In this document: piece after piece, positions 42,773-56,133 of the stretch
How the letters are laid out: the number at the start of each line of letters is the position of its first letter
Position numbering within the stretch: position 1 is the stretch's first letter
DNA from: Octopus vulgaris
Taxonomy: Eukaryota
Direction: 5' to 3'
Assembly: GCA_951406725.2 (NCBI GenBank)
Contig: OX597826.1
Coordinates: 80,104,001 to 80,168,000, forward strand
Length of the DNA stretch: 64,000 nucleotides
The notes under the pieces: model-generated
Database searches by the model: none
The model's input: the letters and a program-made list of their open reading frames with translations, nothing else
Told to the model about the DNA's origin: nothing
Position numbers and translations under genes: made by a program

Positions 42773-44070
42773 GAGCGTGCGATAGGTAAACTGTCACCAT
42801 TTTATACTTTTAATTTCGCGCATGTGCATTGTTTTTTTTTCCGTTTTGTCGACTACACAGTATCGTAGGGTCAGTTGGGCACCATCTGTGAGAAAAACAG
42901 CGCAACGACAAATCTCACTCTGCCAGAAGTTTGGAAACGACATTCTGTGCTGCTTGGTCTTCGCACCGGAAACTCCAATACGAGCATTTCAGAGTCTTTG
43001 GCTGTCAGTCTGAGGATAGTCCAGAAGGATCGGAAAGAGTTGGGTGAATATAATGGTGATTACGAAGCCACGGCAGCTCGGAAAATTCACTCTCATCGTT
43101 CTAATGAGAAAATAACATCTGAAATTGTTGGTGAGATCCAGGCCATGACTGACAACGATCCCTCCAAGTCAATTAGGTCCATTGCCAGAGACATGGAAGT
43201 GTCTCAGTTTCTTATCAAGCAGGTAGTGCATGAAAACTTTAAATTTTCCTCATATAAGATAAGAAAGGGCCAATTTTTATTCCACACCATTAAGAACAAG
43301 AGGAAAGACCGTGCTTTTGAACGAACTCAAGCATCCCCTCCAACCGAACATACTTTGGTTTTTCTCAGGTGAGAAAAGTTTCTGCCAAGATCAGCTGGTG
43401 AACACACAGAACAACCGTTGGTTTGCCGTGTCCCCAAAATACGTACCGAGAGTGATAAAGATCAAACATCCAATCAACATCATGGTGTTTGGAATGATCA
43501 CAAGTGATGGCGACGTTAAACCACCATTCATCTTCCCACACAGCCTCAGACTCAACACAGAGGCCTACTTCAAGTGCCTGGAAAGAGGTAGTGCTACCCT
43601 GTGTCAAAAGTGCTGGAAGAATCTATGTCTGTCAACATGACTCTGCAGCGTGCCACTCAGGCAGGAAAACCCAGTCATGGCTGTCAGACAATTTCTGCGG
43701 ATGCATCAGCCCTACCATCTGGCCACCTAACTACCCAGACTGCAACCCCCTTGATTATTATGTGTGGGCCGCAGTTGAGCGAGAGGCAAACAGAACTCCT
43801 TGTAACACCAAAGATGAACTGAAGGCAACGATTATGGCAGCAGCATTCCCCAACTTAAACAAAGCGACCGTCCAGAAGAATTGCAGGAGATTCCGAAATT
43901 GTTTTGAGGCCATCGTTGAAGCCAGTGGTGATTTTTTTAAAAATAAATTTACTCTTTATTACTTCAAGATATTTTTATGCAATTTCCGTAAATATATCTG
44001 TTGAAATGAGATGTCAGTGTTATTTTCAATTTTGCGTACTTTAGACGACAAATATATTAGCGGCACCATG
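42773..44070 (+). mobile_element. Near full-length Tc1/mariner transposon, DD37D (maT) family, frameshifted
   Basis: Overlapping ORFs 42875-43372, 43311-43640 and 43504-44004. They contain an HTH (SIRSIARDMEVS), WFFSGEK (first D mutated) and QHD-37aa-D ending WPPNYPDCNPLDY. TIRs are degenerate. Confidence 0.92.
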
Positions 44071-44259
44071 CACGTGTCCGTTTGTCTTTGCGTTTGTGTT
44101 TGTCCCAACCCCGGCGTTTGACACTGGTGTAACTTAGCGGTTTGGCACGAGAGGTTCATAGAATAAGTAACAAACATAAAAGATATGTAAGTACTAGGGG
44201 CCAAGATGTTTGACCCAGTATCGCTAAGGTCCAGTGACTGAAGAAAAAATATATATATA

Positions 44260-44698
44260 GGCCCAGGACCGGCTGTGTAGTAAGTATCTTGCTTACAAAC
44301 CACACGGTTCCGGGTTCAGCCCCACTGTGTGGCACCTTAGGCAAGTGTCTTCCACTATAACCTTGGCCCGACCAAAGCCTTGTGAGTGGATTTGGTAGAC
44401 GGAAACTGAAAGAAGCCTGTCGTACATATATATATATATATATGTGTGTGTATGTGTGTTTGTGTGTGTACGTGTGTGTGTACGTGTGTGTGTGTATGTG
44501 TGTGTGTGTACGTATCTGTGTGTGTGTATGTTAGTGTTTCACTTCACAACCGATGCTGGTGTGTTTACGTCCTCGTAACTTAGCGGTTCAGAATAAGTAC
44601 TAGGCTTACAAAGAATAAGTCCTGGGGGTTCATTTGTTCGACTAGAGGCGGTGTTCCAGCATGGCCGCAGTCAAATGACTGAAACAAATAAAAGAATA
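44260..44698 (+). mobile_element. SINE family D
   Basis: Head, microsatellite and tail. Further partial copies at 24010-24170(-), 41057-41270, 42228-42392 and 45600-45810. Confidence 0.88.
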
Positions 44699-45110
44699 GG
44701 TGCCTGTGATGCAAATAAGACCAAATTGATGCCGCAACACCTCTGTAACTACAAGCCGTCTCCAAAACAAAACTCACATTGCCTTCTCTCTCTAAAGACC
44801 TCATTCTAACCGTGGAAATCTTGCTTAATTCCTGCAAATTGTTCGCTTTCAATTCAGAGCGTCTGGCCATTACCGGTGGGCATTTGTTTTCGTACTCTCT
44901 TCTCGAGGGAAGTTTTAATAACTTGGTAATTAATATATATGTTGTTATCACGAAATGTATATTAATTACGAAGTAATCTCAGAGAGAGCTAATTGGAATA
45001 TTGCAATTAATTTCCACTGTGATTAGTTGGTTTACAGAAGCACGAGCATGTATCCCCGTAATTGCATTTTCATTAACCCCCATACGCACACACACATACT
45101 ATATATATAT

Positions 45111-45155
<45 letters not shown>

Positions 45156-45206
45156 CACACACATATATATAATAAAAAAAATTTTCGAAAACATTTTATC
45201 CTACAT

Positions 45207-45256
<50 letters not shown>

Positions 45257-45580
45257 TGAAGGCGCGTGGCTTAGTGGTTAAGGCGGTCGGCTCACGCTGA
45301 TAAGGTCATGAGTTCAACTCGGCGATGCGTTGTCTCCTTGAGCAAGACACTTTGCTTCACGTTGCTCCAGTCCACTCAGCTGGCAAAAATGAGTAGTACC
45401 TGTATTTCAAAGGGCCAGCCTTGTTACACTCTGTATCGCGCTGAATCTCCCAGAAAACTACTCTAAGGGTACACACGTGTTTGAAGAGTGCTCAGCCACC
45501 TGAACGTTAATTTCACGAGCAAGCTGTTCCGTTGATCGTATCAGCTGGGCCCCTCGTCGTCGTAACCGACGGAGTTCTCC
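45257..45580 (+). mobile_element. SINE family A
   Basis: Full head, core and tail. Confidence 0.9.
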
Positions 45581-45824
45581 TATATATATATATATTTGTT
45601 ATTTGTGACTGTGTTTGCACTCCCACCATTGCTCGACAACCAGCGTTGATGTATTTACATCCCCGTAACTTAGCGGTTCCATAAAAGAGACGTATAAGAT
45701 TAAGTCCTAGGCTTACAAAGAATAAGTCCTGGGGTTGATCTGCTCGACTACAGGCGGTGCCCCAGCATGGCCGCAGCCAAATGACTGAAACAAGTGAAAG
45801 AGAGTAAAAGAACGATTACATATG

Positions 45825-45875
<51 letters not shown>

Positions 45876-46182
45876 GTGTGTGTGTGTGTGTGCATGTATG
45901 TATGTATGTTGATAATTTGATAATAGATGGATTAAATTTTGTCATATAGAGTTGTGTACATCTGTTGTTTATTAATAATTACACTTGAATCACTTTATTG
46001 TGGAGCAGTATCTCTTACTACAGGCACTGTGAATCACAACTCGGAACCAAAATTTAGAATCAGCAGTGGGTTTTCAAACCTCCGGTGTAGTAGGAAACGA
46101 GGCCTCGGCCTCGGGATGGGCTAGTGTGCAGAATACGACCGAAATAGTAATATTGTGTTAGGTACTTATTGTAAAACACTCA

Positions 46183-46445
46183 TATGGGTAACAGGACGTC
46201 ACAAACCGTAAACAACAGGAAATAAGAAGCAAATGTGTTGAATGCGTAAACAACGAGAGAAACAAATGGAAAACAGGACAGGCAACATACAGAACGACCC
46301 TTCATCAGCTGTCGGCTGTCTATCTACTCCTCATTTCGAGCTCTGAACGACAATATAAGTCTTCGAAGGCAACTGCTCTCACGAAAGCCAAAATAAAAGT
46401 TGGTATTTATGGAGGGTCAAAGTTGGTAACTAAAACAGGACAGTG
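46183..46445. repeat. Unclassified interspersed repeat; second copy at 51930-52200
   Basis: Shared atgggta.caggac, caacata.agaac...cccttcatcag.tgtc and tatctactcc. Confidence 0.65.
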
Positions 46446-46551
46446 GAGACATACAAGGAAACCGAACGAAAACAAACATGGAGGATCGTTCGACCTGACG
46501 AAGGTAAAATAGCGAATGCTGAGAAATATTTTCTTTGACAAGATAAAACAT

Positions 46552-46593
<42 letters not shown>

Positions 46594-46637
46594 AAGAAAG
46601 AGAGAGAGAGAGTGAGAGACCTGAAGGAAAACAAAGA

Positions 46638-46795
46638 TGGAGTGGTTGGCGTTAGGAAGGGCATCCAGCTGTAAAAACTCTGCCAGATCAAGATTGAAGC
46701 CTTGTGCAGCCATCTGGTTCACCAGCCCTCAGTCCAATCGTCCAACCCATGCTAGCGTGGAAAGCCGACGTTAAACGATGATGATGATGATGATA
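46638..46795 (+). mobile_element. Retroelement 3' end with (GAT)n tail (RTE-like LINE or SINE)
   Basis: ggttggcgttaggaagggcatccagctgta...gacgttaaacgatgatgat; the inverse copy is at 11098-11240. Confidence 0.65.
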
Positions 46796-47562
46796 ATAAT
46801 ATATATAGAAACAGAGATGGAGAGAAATAAATGACAGACAAAGAGGGAAATATATAAGTCGACAGATAGAAAGAGAAAGAGGGGTGACACTGTTTAACCA
46901 ATTCTCCTTTCAAAATGAGATTGAGACTTGGGTTGTCACGGATATCTCTGGTCGTCTCATCCTTCGACAAAGAAAGCTATTTTCTTCCATTAGTAAGTGA
47001 TACTGCTTCGCAATAAAGTGATTCATGTGTAATTATTAATAAACAACACCTATCCACAATTCCATTTAACAAAATTTAATCCATCTCTTACCAACACCGT
47101 CATCCGTACATTCCCACTGTTTTTTAGTAATTTCGTAGCCACTACAAGTTTATTTTGCATGTAAAGAACATCCATTGTTCTCTTTGATAAGTAATTATGA
47201 GTTAACGAGAAAGGCGGAAGGCGGTGATGGTTGTCTGCGAGTGGACCTGAAATGGAGCTAATTGAGGTGGAATTGGTGGAAATTAGTTTATACCATTTTC
47301 GAGTATTATATCTTTGTGTGGAAGATTATGCAGAGACAATGGCTGTAATATTTTTGCGAAATTTTAGCGGTAACAATGTAGATATAAGGACATAAATATG
47401 CATTGTTAATAGGTTTCGACAGATTCGAAGCTGAATATGTTAATAGCTGCTGCCGTTCGCCATTGGAGGGCAGCTTATCGTTTCAGACAAAATACAATTG
47501 CAATTTGCATATTCACCTAAGAATCTGTTGGAGCGATTTAAAAATAAATATGTTTACAAATA

Positions 47563-47736
47563 TAGGTGCATGCCTGGCTGTGTGGTAAGAAGCTTGCTTC
47601 CCAACCACATTGTTCCCGGTTCAGTCCCACTGCGTGGCACCTTGGGAAAGTGTCTTCTGCTATAGCCTCGGGTCGACCAAAGCCTTGTAAGTGGATTTCT
47701 TTAACGGAAACTGAAAGAAGCCTGTCGTATATATAC

Positions 47737-47799
<63 letters not shown>

Positions 47800-47930
47800 C
47801 AAAAGAGGCTGATAGAATAGTTACTAGGCTTACAAAGAATAAGTCTCGAAGTCGATTTGTTCGACTAAAGGCGGTGCTCCAGCATGGCCACAGTCAAATG
47901 ACTGAAACAAATAAAAGAATAAAGGAAAAG
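47563..47930 (+). mobile_element. SINE family D
   Basis: Head, (TG)n and tail. Confidence 0.88.
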
Positions 47931-49300
47931 AATGCTATCGTCCTGCATCTCGCTTTACACGAATTACAAATGAAATATATTTGGAAAAATTGTTAAAGAG
48001 ATATTTTGAGAAATATTCTTATGGACTGCATTTGATTCTAAGTTTACTGTAGGCAACTTGTTAGATATTATGTTAAACTTAGATAATAATAACAATTGTT
48101 ACCATTCCAGAAAGAATGTTATATAATGTTATGAGAAATTTAGTAATCAATAAGGTTAAGCGGATTAATTTTCCCTGTTTGAATGAGGCTCCCTTTCATA
48201 GTGACTGTTGCCATTGTTTTGAGACAATGTAAAAAGAGATGTATATGGGTTGCATAAGCTTAGACGATGTGGGTTCAAAGTACCTGAGCAGACGTGGAAC
48301 GTGATTGAAGCACTAACAATGCAAGAGGTCAGGAGGTACTTGTGATTCACCTCTCAGCAAACAATGTGTTTGTATTTGGGTGTAGTAGGTGCATCATTGC
48401 ATACATGGGAGCAGAACGAGATTCTGGTTTTCGTTTAAGCTTTGTGGATAATTAGTAATAGTTGAGGGTTGATGTAGACACTTGTCTGTATTTCGATCTC
48501 GTATTTGCGACTCTGCATCTTCGTCCGTTTAGATGGATGTCTATGAATGTACGCTTCTGAATGTCTTTTTGTGACAAAATGATCGTTAATGTTATTCGAT
48601 TAACATTATTCGTCAATCGTCCACGGCCTTCTCACCAATCTCATCGACTATGAAATGTCTTAGACTTTCCATTCTAATATTGTTTTTGCAAAAGTTATTA
48701 TTTCAGTCTACAGCATGCTGGCACCAATTACTCAGCTCAGAAACTATTGTGAATAGTATATAGAAACGTGATTTTTGAAATCCATTATTAACGTGTGTAT
48801 GCAAAAGACATTGTAAACACATCACTGCTGTCTTCGAGTTACAATACGGTGTGAAACGCTGGAGCAGAATTTGTCAGTTTTGGTGCTAAAATTGCTTTTC
48901 TTCTCGGTGTCATAAGGATATTGATTTTGCGTTGTCTGAATTCTTACAAATACTCTACATTGTTGTATGGAGGTTAGATTCATATGATTTATGAGACGTA
49001 TTAAAAGTTGTTCGTCGTCGTTGTTACTGTTCATGCTGTCGTTATTGTTGTTGTTGAAACAACGGTTCAAAGCTGACCGAGAAAACCTCTTAAGTTGGAA
49101 GTCATTGGAGTCACCACCGTTTTATGATTAAGCGAGACATTGTTTATTGTTTCTGTCGATATTTAAGAGAGTATGATTTATTATGAAGGAGAATTGGCTG
49201 CTGTTTTTAGTAAGCCCATCGACCACGTATAGATACATTACACATAAATCCTGATAATATATTTGTGGAGTATTTATTTCTAACACACACACACGAACAC

Positions 49301-49354
<54 letters not shown>

Positions 49355-49771
49355 GTGTGTTCTTTTTTTTTTCAGTCACGGTTTTGTGTCCCCCCCCACC
49401 ACCACCACCACAAGATCACGGCTAGAATCCATATTTCTACTATTTCTCCCCAAGCTTTCCCATGTTTTAACTTACATACATTTTTAATTTTTGATTTTTG
49501 ATTTTTTTATATATATTTTTTCACATCAGTGTGCGGTTTTTATAAATCTCCTTTTTTCTCTAACTATAAATAACATGACGTGGACTGGATTTGAACTGAG
49601 GATGAAAAGGAACACAAACCAATAATTCAAGATTATATGACGTGTTTCCCACTCCTCAATAGTCTGCCCTTTTACCTTTAAATCTGTTTCACATTATAAC
49701 TACAAATAATGTCCAAACTCTACATTTTTGTATGATTGTATTTTCGAATTCATCACCGTCGTATGGTTATA

Positions 49772-50149
49772 TGGATGGATGGAAGCACCCCGTCGGTTAC
49801 GACGATGAGGGTTCCGGTTGATCCGAATCAACGGAACAGCCTGCTCGTGAAATTAACGTGTAAGTGGCTGAGCACTCCACAGACACGTGTACCTTTAACG
49901 TAGTTCTCGGGGAGATTCAGCGTGACACAGAGAGTGACAAGGCCGGCCCCTTTGAAATACAGGTACAACAGTAACAGGGAGTAAGAGTGAGAGAAAGTTG
50001 TGGGATCACCACCATCCCCTGCCGGAGCTTCGTGGAGCTTTTAGGTGTTTTCGCTCAATAAACACTCACAACGCCCGGTCTGGGAATCGAAACCGCGATC
50101 CTATGACCGCGAGTCCGCTGCCCTAACCACTGGGCCATTGCGCCTCCAC
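49772..50149 (-). mobile_element. SINE family B, 11-bp TSD
   Basis: TSD gtatggttata at 49761-49771 and 50151-50161. Confidence 0.92.
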
Positions 50150-50159
50150 TGTATGGTTA

Positions 50160-50482
50160 TACATTCACGCTATCACAGTGTCGACCAGACTGCTGGATGC
50201 CGCTGGTCACTATATACATCGCTGGTCACAATGTAACTTGCATCGTTTTAGATTTCGAACGAAGCCATCCCGCTGGCTAGATGAGCGCGCCAACATTACC
50301 CCTGATAGGGAAAGTCGGTCCGTCGCAGGGTTGCCCGTTTACGAGCCAAGTAGACCGAAACAACGTGATATGAAGAGTTTTGCTCAAGAACACAACGCAG
50401 TACTCGATATAGGAATCGAACACAAGATCTAGTGACCGTGAGAGCAATACCCTAACCACCAGACCGGAGCATACGCCTTCAC
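50160..50482 (-). mobile_element. Older SINE with A-like head and a different tail (related pieces at 42415-42680 and 52215-52335)
   Basis: ttgctcaagaacacaacgc...ccctaaccac head; shared catcgctggtcacaatg tail. Confidence 0.7.
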
Positions 50483-50872
50483 ATCTATTCCTTTATACTC
50501 AGAGTGAAACCTGAACCATTAATCGTTCGTCATAGAGAATGGCTAAACTGGAAAGTTGATACGGCTTGATACAATTGCACAGGAGAAATCTAGCAAACAT
50601 CACGTCCACGGGTCTTTAGCTTTCTATTGATTCCTCTCCTAGTTTTAAATGTTCTAACCGTAGACACACTGGTATGTGTTACTTCTCTATTACATTTTCG
50701 AACATATACAGACAATAAGCTTTAGTTCATAATGACGGTTCGGTTTCCATTGTGTATTCCATGGAGAACTGTCCACTTATTAGCTAACATTTCCGTTTCC
50801 AAGTTATATTTTTGCTACAATATTGCTTTTTATGTTAACTTTAATTTTGTAAATGTGCTATAACACACATAT

Positions 50873-50956
<84 letters not shown>

Positions 50957-50999
50957 ATGTGTGTGTTATAGCACATGTACATATATATATATGTATATA

Positions 51000-51836
51000 C
51001 TAGCAGTATTGCCCGGCTCATGCGCTCGTGCGTTCTATGCACGCGCGAATTAAGCTATACTTGGATGAAGTTCAATCAAAATTCAATTCTTTTGGTTTTA
51101 AAATCAAGCATTTAATGTCCTCTATTTTTTGCGCTTATGTGTTCCATTTCCTCAATAGGAAGTACGTAGAAGCGTTTCATAAATTTTTGTTGGTCAAATA
51201 ATTGCATTGTTGAATTATTCTTTTAGATCAGTATTTCTCAACGGGGATTCCAGGGGAAAGTTTCAGGGAATCGCTGGCGATGTATCGTGATGATCAAAAA
51301 TCCGGCCTGCTAAAATTTGGTTAAAGTGATTCAAACTGCAGACTCAACGCAAAATGGTCACATTTAATTCAAAGCGTTAAAAATGTTATGAAAACAATTG
51401 GCATTTGTTCACAAAGTCCAAACGATTAATACGAAAAAACCCTCCAGGCTACATCCCGAAAATTCATTTCTTTGCCAAATTTCTACAATGTTTACGGCGA
51501 TTCGTTTTTACATCTTGATTTTTTATTTTTCATGCAATTTACGCATGCTTGCATGCGTGGTGAACACAGTTCACGTCAAACAGCTGACTGAGTAAAGTTC
51601 ACTATTCAATGCATGGGATAAGGCCTAAACAAACACATTATCGATTTTTGCACTTGCGAGATGAATTTCAGAACAGAAATAGCGCAGTTCAATTTTCATT
51701 CACCTAAACTTTAAGTGACCCATTTTTGGTGGTTCTACGATTTGTTGGCTAGAAGGAGATGTGCCGGGAAGTTAAACACACAGGCACACACACAGATGCA
51801 CACACAGACACACAAGTTGAGTTTTATATATATAGA
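51000..51836 (-). mobile_element. Non-autonomous Helitron (837 nt)
   Basis: On minus: 5' TCtatatatataaaactc and 3' gccgggcaatactgCTAG|t, matching the ends of 27168-27567. Confidence 0.82.
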
Positions 51837-52330
51837 TATATATATTTATATAATATAAATAATATATATATATGCATATATGCATACATATATGTACATA
51901 CCAACGTATATATGTATATATACATTCATATATGGGTACAGGACATCAAAAAGAACGTGAACAAAATGAAAAACAAAAACATGGAAAACGAACTTTTTTT
52001 CGGACAACGAAAGAAACAAATAGAGAAACGAGACATGCAACATAAAGAACATTCCCTTCATCAGTTGTCCCCTGTTTTATCTACTCCGCGTTTTGGAAGG
52101 TTGAGACAAGACGCAACTTCGTTAAAACAGTCCTTCCCGCAAAGCAAATTAAATAAAATTTGGAATTTTTGCGGAGGTTAAAGTGGTAACATAAACAGGA
52201 CAATATATATATATATCACGTGATCACGTGACCGATCAGACCATCAGATGTTGTTACACATCGCTGGTCACAATGCGTTCGCTTTGTTTTAGCCTTCGAA
52301 TGACGCCACCCCGCCGGCTAAGCGAGCAGG

Positions 52331-52398
<68 letters not shown>

Positions 52399-52581
52399 AA
52401 GAGACCATAAATTTTCGAGAAAAGTACTCACTAAAAGATACAGATATTTCGTGTAACTGAGCCATGCGATCTTTTCCAGAGGACTACAGCCGCAGAATTT
52501 CCTTAAACTGTCCCAAAACTACTATATATCTATATATGTATATCTATCTTGATGTGTGTGTGTATGTGTGAGCGTGTGTAT

Positions 52582-52631
<50 letters not shown>

Positions 52632-52657
52632 GTATTTCTGTACGGTGGAATATATGC

Positions 52658-52732
<75 letters not shown>

Positions 52733-52974
52733 CTATTTTCGCCTTGAATGAATTGAGAGATAAGCGGATAAAGTTGAAGTCATTTGTTATTATTATTCAT
52801 CGGCTGACGTAATAATTCTCATACATCTTTTTATCAAATATCCTTCGTGCCAAGGTAACACGACCATAACTAACGTTGATCGATTGGGCCGGATATAGCA
52901 TTCAATTAAACGCCATCGTTTCGGTTTTGATCTCACTAACCCCAATGATTTCAATCAAACATTTATTCACTTAC

Positions 52975-53042
52975 CATGGACGATTCTCGAATGGAGTCGA
53001 AGCTGTTGACATACATGTGTACTTTTACTTTGGTAGGTACGT
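52975..53042 (-). CDS. Cys-loop ligand-gated ion channel (GlyR/GABA-A/GluCl-like), 68-nt internal exon (beta1/loop G)
   Basis: Minus strand reads ttttcag|AC GTA CCT...TCC ATG|gtaagt = (D)VPTKVKVHMYVNSFDSIRESSM. Resembles GlyR [23 protein letters not shown], with the typical 68-nt size and phase 1/0. Not in the ORF track. Confidence 0.93.
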
Positions 53043-53722
53043 CTGAAAAATAGATAAAACTCTGATAAATTGTGATATATTTTCATGGCATTTACGCCAT
53101 TTGTATATATTTTATATCAATTTCATGAACAGGAATAATAAATAACTTTAAAAATAGATTGGGCCATTGTTATATTAAATTCTGGAGTGATAATCATAAA
53201 ACTGAAAGCATAAGCCTCACTGTTATCTCACCACTGTATTGCGTGTTCGTTTCTGTTTCGCATGGGTTATTTTATTATTAATATCCTAAATAAATGTAGA
53301 TGTATTCTTTGGTTTTCTGGTTTTCTTTCCACGAATTGAGGAGATACATTGAGGAACAGTTATTTTAACGAGTTATATCAATTTATCACCACAAGACACA
53401 CATCTGCACCGTCGGATGCTCCTGACCCTGTGAGGGATTTATGCTAGATGGATCGAAACAATTCTAGTGATTAATAAAAATAAATTCTTCCATTACATTG
53501 AAATGGTGATTACGCTGGTGGTGCTCCAGCATGGTCACAACCCTAGTGCTGAAACGTATAAAAGAATAACGAAATACACACACACATATACATATACATA
53601 TATATATATATATATAGTTAATCCAAACATGAACACACAAAGAGAAAACACAACAGGAAGTGGAAAGATCCCAAAAGAAAAGACGGGGGAGAAAAACGCC
53701 AACGATACACACGCGGTCACAT

Positions 53723-53772
<50 letters not shown>

Positions 53773-53988
53773 CGTTTTTTTGGGGGGGGGTATTTTATTG
53801 TTATTTTAATTTTAATATTTCTAGTATCTGTAATTTTCTAGATGGTGTAATTTAATTGTTCATTTTGAATTGATAAAAGGTGTTTTTTTTTCTATATATA
53901 TGTATTATATTGTGTGAAATTTGATTTAGTATTTCTAAATTAATTTTTTTTCCCTGTAAGTTAGGATTAATATTCCATCAGATAATTA

Positions 53989-54029
<41 letters not shown>

Positions 54030-54034
<5 letters not shown>

Positions 54035-54252
54035 TACATTATATATTTCGTTTTGGGATTTGGTTTGCAAGATTCTTTATGTGAGTTCGTGTGTTGAAGC
54101 ATATTCAGTTGTGTCTGGGGAGAGTCATTCTCTTTTGGTGCCTTGTAATTTAACACACTCAGCAGTAAAATAAAGAAAGAAATGTGGAAATTTTACCGGT
54201 GAGTGTATTAAATTATAACGCACTAAAACTCTCCCTAGACACAACAGAATAC
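54030..54252. mobile_element. Second copy of the internally inverted repeat at 1795-2042
   Basis: Homologous sequence with inverted arms gttgtgtctggggagag / ctctccctagacacaac, flanked by (TA)n. Confidence 0.55.
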
Positions 54253-54254
54253 AT

Positions 54255-54284
<30 letters not shown>

Positions 54285-54287
<3 letters not shown>

Positions 54288-54979
54288 TACTAAGCAATTA
54301 AGGGTTTAGCAACGAATTGCCTCACCACACACCGAATTTAGAAATAGCAGTCAAAGAGATATAGCTATTCCTTCTACTAAAAGGGGGATCTCAGTAAAAA
54401 CACAGCACTTGAAATGCAAACACAGACAGGTAAGAAAGAATAAAATGACGGCAATCTATCATACAATTTTAAGTTACCTACGGACGTACGTTTCGAAATC
54501 AAGTTTTAGGAAAGCATAAGAATTAGAAAATTCTACCTTACCCAAACTTCTTTTCTCATCGGCGTAGGATACCACAATTATGAATAATTGTATATTAAAT
54601 TTTGAGATACTAGAAGGCATTATCTCAACTCAGTGTCAGAGCGAACCAAAGCATTACCAGTACCACGAAATTCAAAGTGTGAATGAAAGTTTGTGTCACC
54701 AGCCCCCTTCCACCCGCGTGTAGCCAAGACAAGATGCTGTGGTCATTTACTGGGATAAAATATGGTTATCAGTAACAATAAAGGGTGAAATTAATTAATT
54801 TGGAATAATTATTAATTACACCAAGTAGATTTCGGCATGTAAAAGCCTCATTCGAGGAAAATTTAAGTAATACTAAGCAATTAAGGGTTTAGCAACGAAT
54901 TGCCTCACCACACACCGAATTTAGAAATAGCAGTCAAAGAGATATAGCTATTCCTTCTACTAAAAGGGTGATCTCAGTA
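54285..54979 (-). mobile_element. 583-nt non-coding unit plus 112-nt direct terminal repeat, inside (TA)n; retrozyme or Penelope pseudo-LTR-like
   Basis: 54285-54396 and 54868-54979 differ at 1 nt. (TA)n lies on both sides and there is an internal hammerhead motif. Confidence 0.8.
54477..54568 (-). ncRNA. Type I hammerhead ribozyme motif (U4C variant)
   Basis: Minus strand reads CCTACG-CCGATGA-GAAA..long hairpin..TTTC-GAAAC-GTAC-GTC-CGTAGG: perfect 6-bp stem I, GUC cleavage triplet, palindromic GUAC loop III. Confidence 0.8.
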
Positions 54980-54997
54980 TATATATATATATGTATG

Positions 54998-55075
<78 letters not shown>

Positions 55076-55290
55076 GTTTGTATAATATATATTTAATATA
55101 CCTAGTATACACACGCACACACACAAACCCCACTATACAAAGACAATCAAGCCTAGCAGAGCAAATTAAACGTGACTCCGACTATGGCCAAAGCTGCATG
55201 AAAATAAAAACACATCTATAACTAAAACCACCGCTGTTACAGTGACGATGGCTGTTACTAAAACCGCTGATGAAACGAAAATCACGTCTA

Positions 55291-55357
<67 letters not shown>

Positions 55358-55555
55358 ATTCTAGTAAAGAAACTACAAGCAAGGCTACTAAAATCAAAAT
55401 AAATCTCCGACTGGAACTAAATCTACAAGTAAATAATGAAGCACAACTATAAGATCAAATATATCTGCAACAACGGCTCCAACCGTAATAATACGAATGA
55501 CCGCATGTATAAATAATGATAATTTATATCCATTGTTATATGTCTGTATCTTTGA

Positions 55556-55859
55556 GAAGGTGCGTGGCTTAGTGGTTAGGGTATTCGACTCAAGATCGCA
55601 AAGTCGTGAGTTCAATTCCTGGCGATGCGTTGTGTCCTTGAACAAGACATTTTATTTCACGTTGCTCCAGTTCACTCAGCTGACAAAAATGAGTGATACC
55701 CGTATTTGAAAGGGCCAGCTTTGTCACGCTGAATCTCCCTGAGAACTACGTTAAGGGTACGCGTGTGTGTGGAGTGCTCAGCCACTTAATTTCACGAGCA
55801 AGCCGTTCCGTTGATCGTAGCAGCTGTGACCATCATCGTCGTAACCGACGGAGTGCTCC
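55556..55859 (+). mobile_element. SINE family A
   Basis: Full head, core and tail with small deletions. Confidence 0.9.
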
Positions 55860-55974
55860 TATGTATCATTAATCGTAGCAATAACCTTGCCGATAATTCT
55901 GATTTCATGCCTTCTTTTCCATGTTAATCTGTTCATCATTGTCTCAGCTGATTATTAAACGTAATTATTAAAGA

Positions 55975-56133
55975 TATATCGACTCCAGTACGTAACTGGT
56001 ACTTAATTTATTGGCCCCGAAAGGATGAAAGGCAAAGTCGATCTCGGCGGAATTTGAACTCAGAACGTAACAGCAGACGAAGTACGGCTACGCATTTCAC
56101 CCGGCGCGCTAAGGTTCCTGCCGGCTCGCCGCT
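55975..56133 (-). mobile_element. SINE family C, partial
   Basis: Core and head in reverse complement. Confidence 0.85.

Noticed and set aside
46290-52100. CTGATGA on minus in the repeat pair at 46183 and 51930 as hammerheads
   Set aside because: Consistent stems I and III could not be built around a GAAA.
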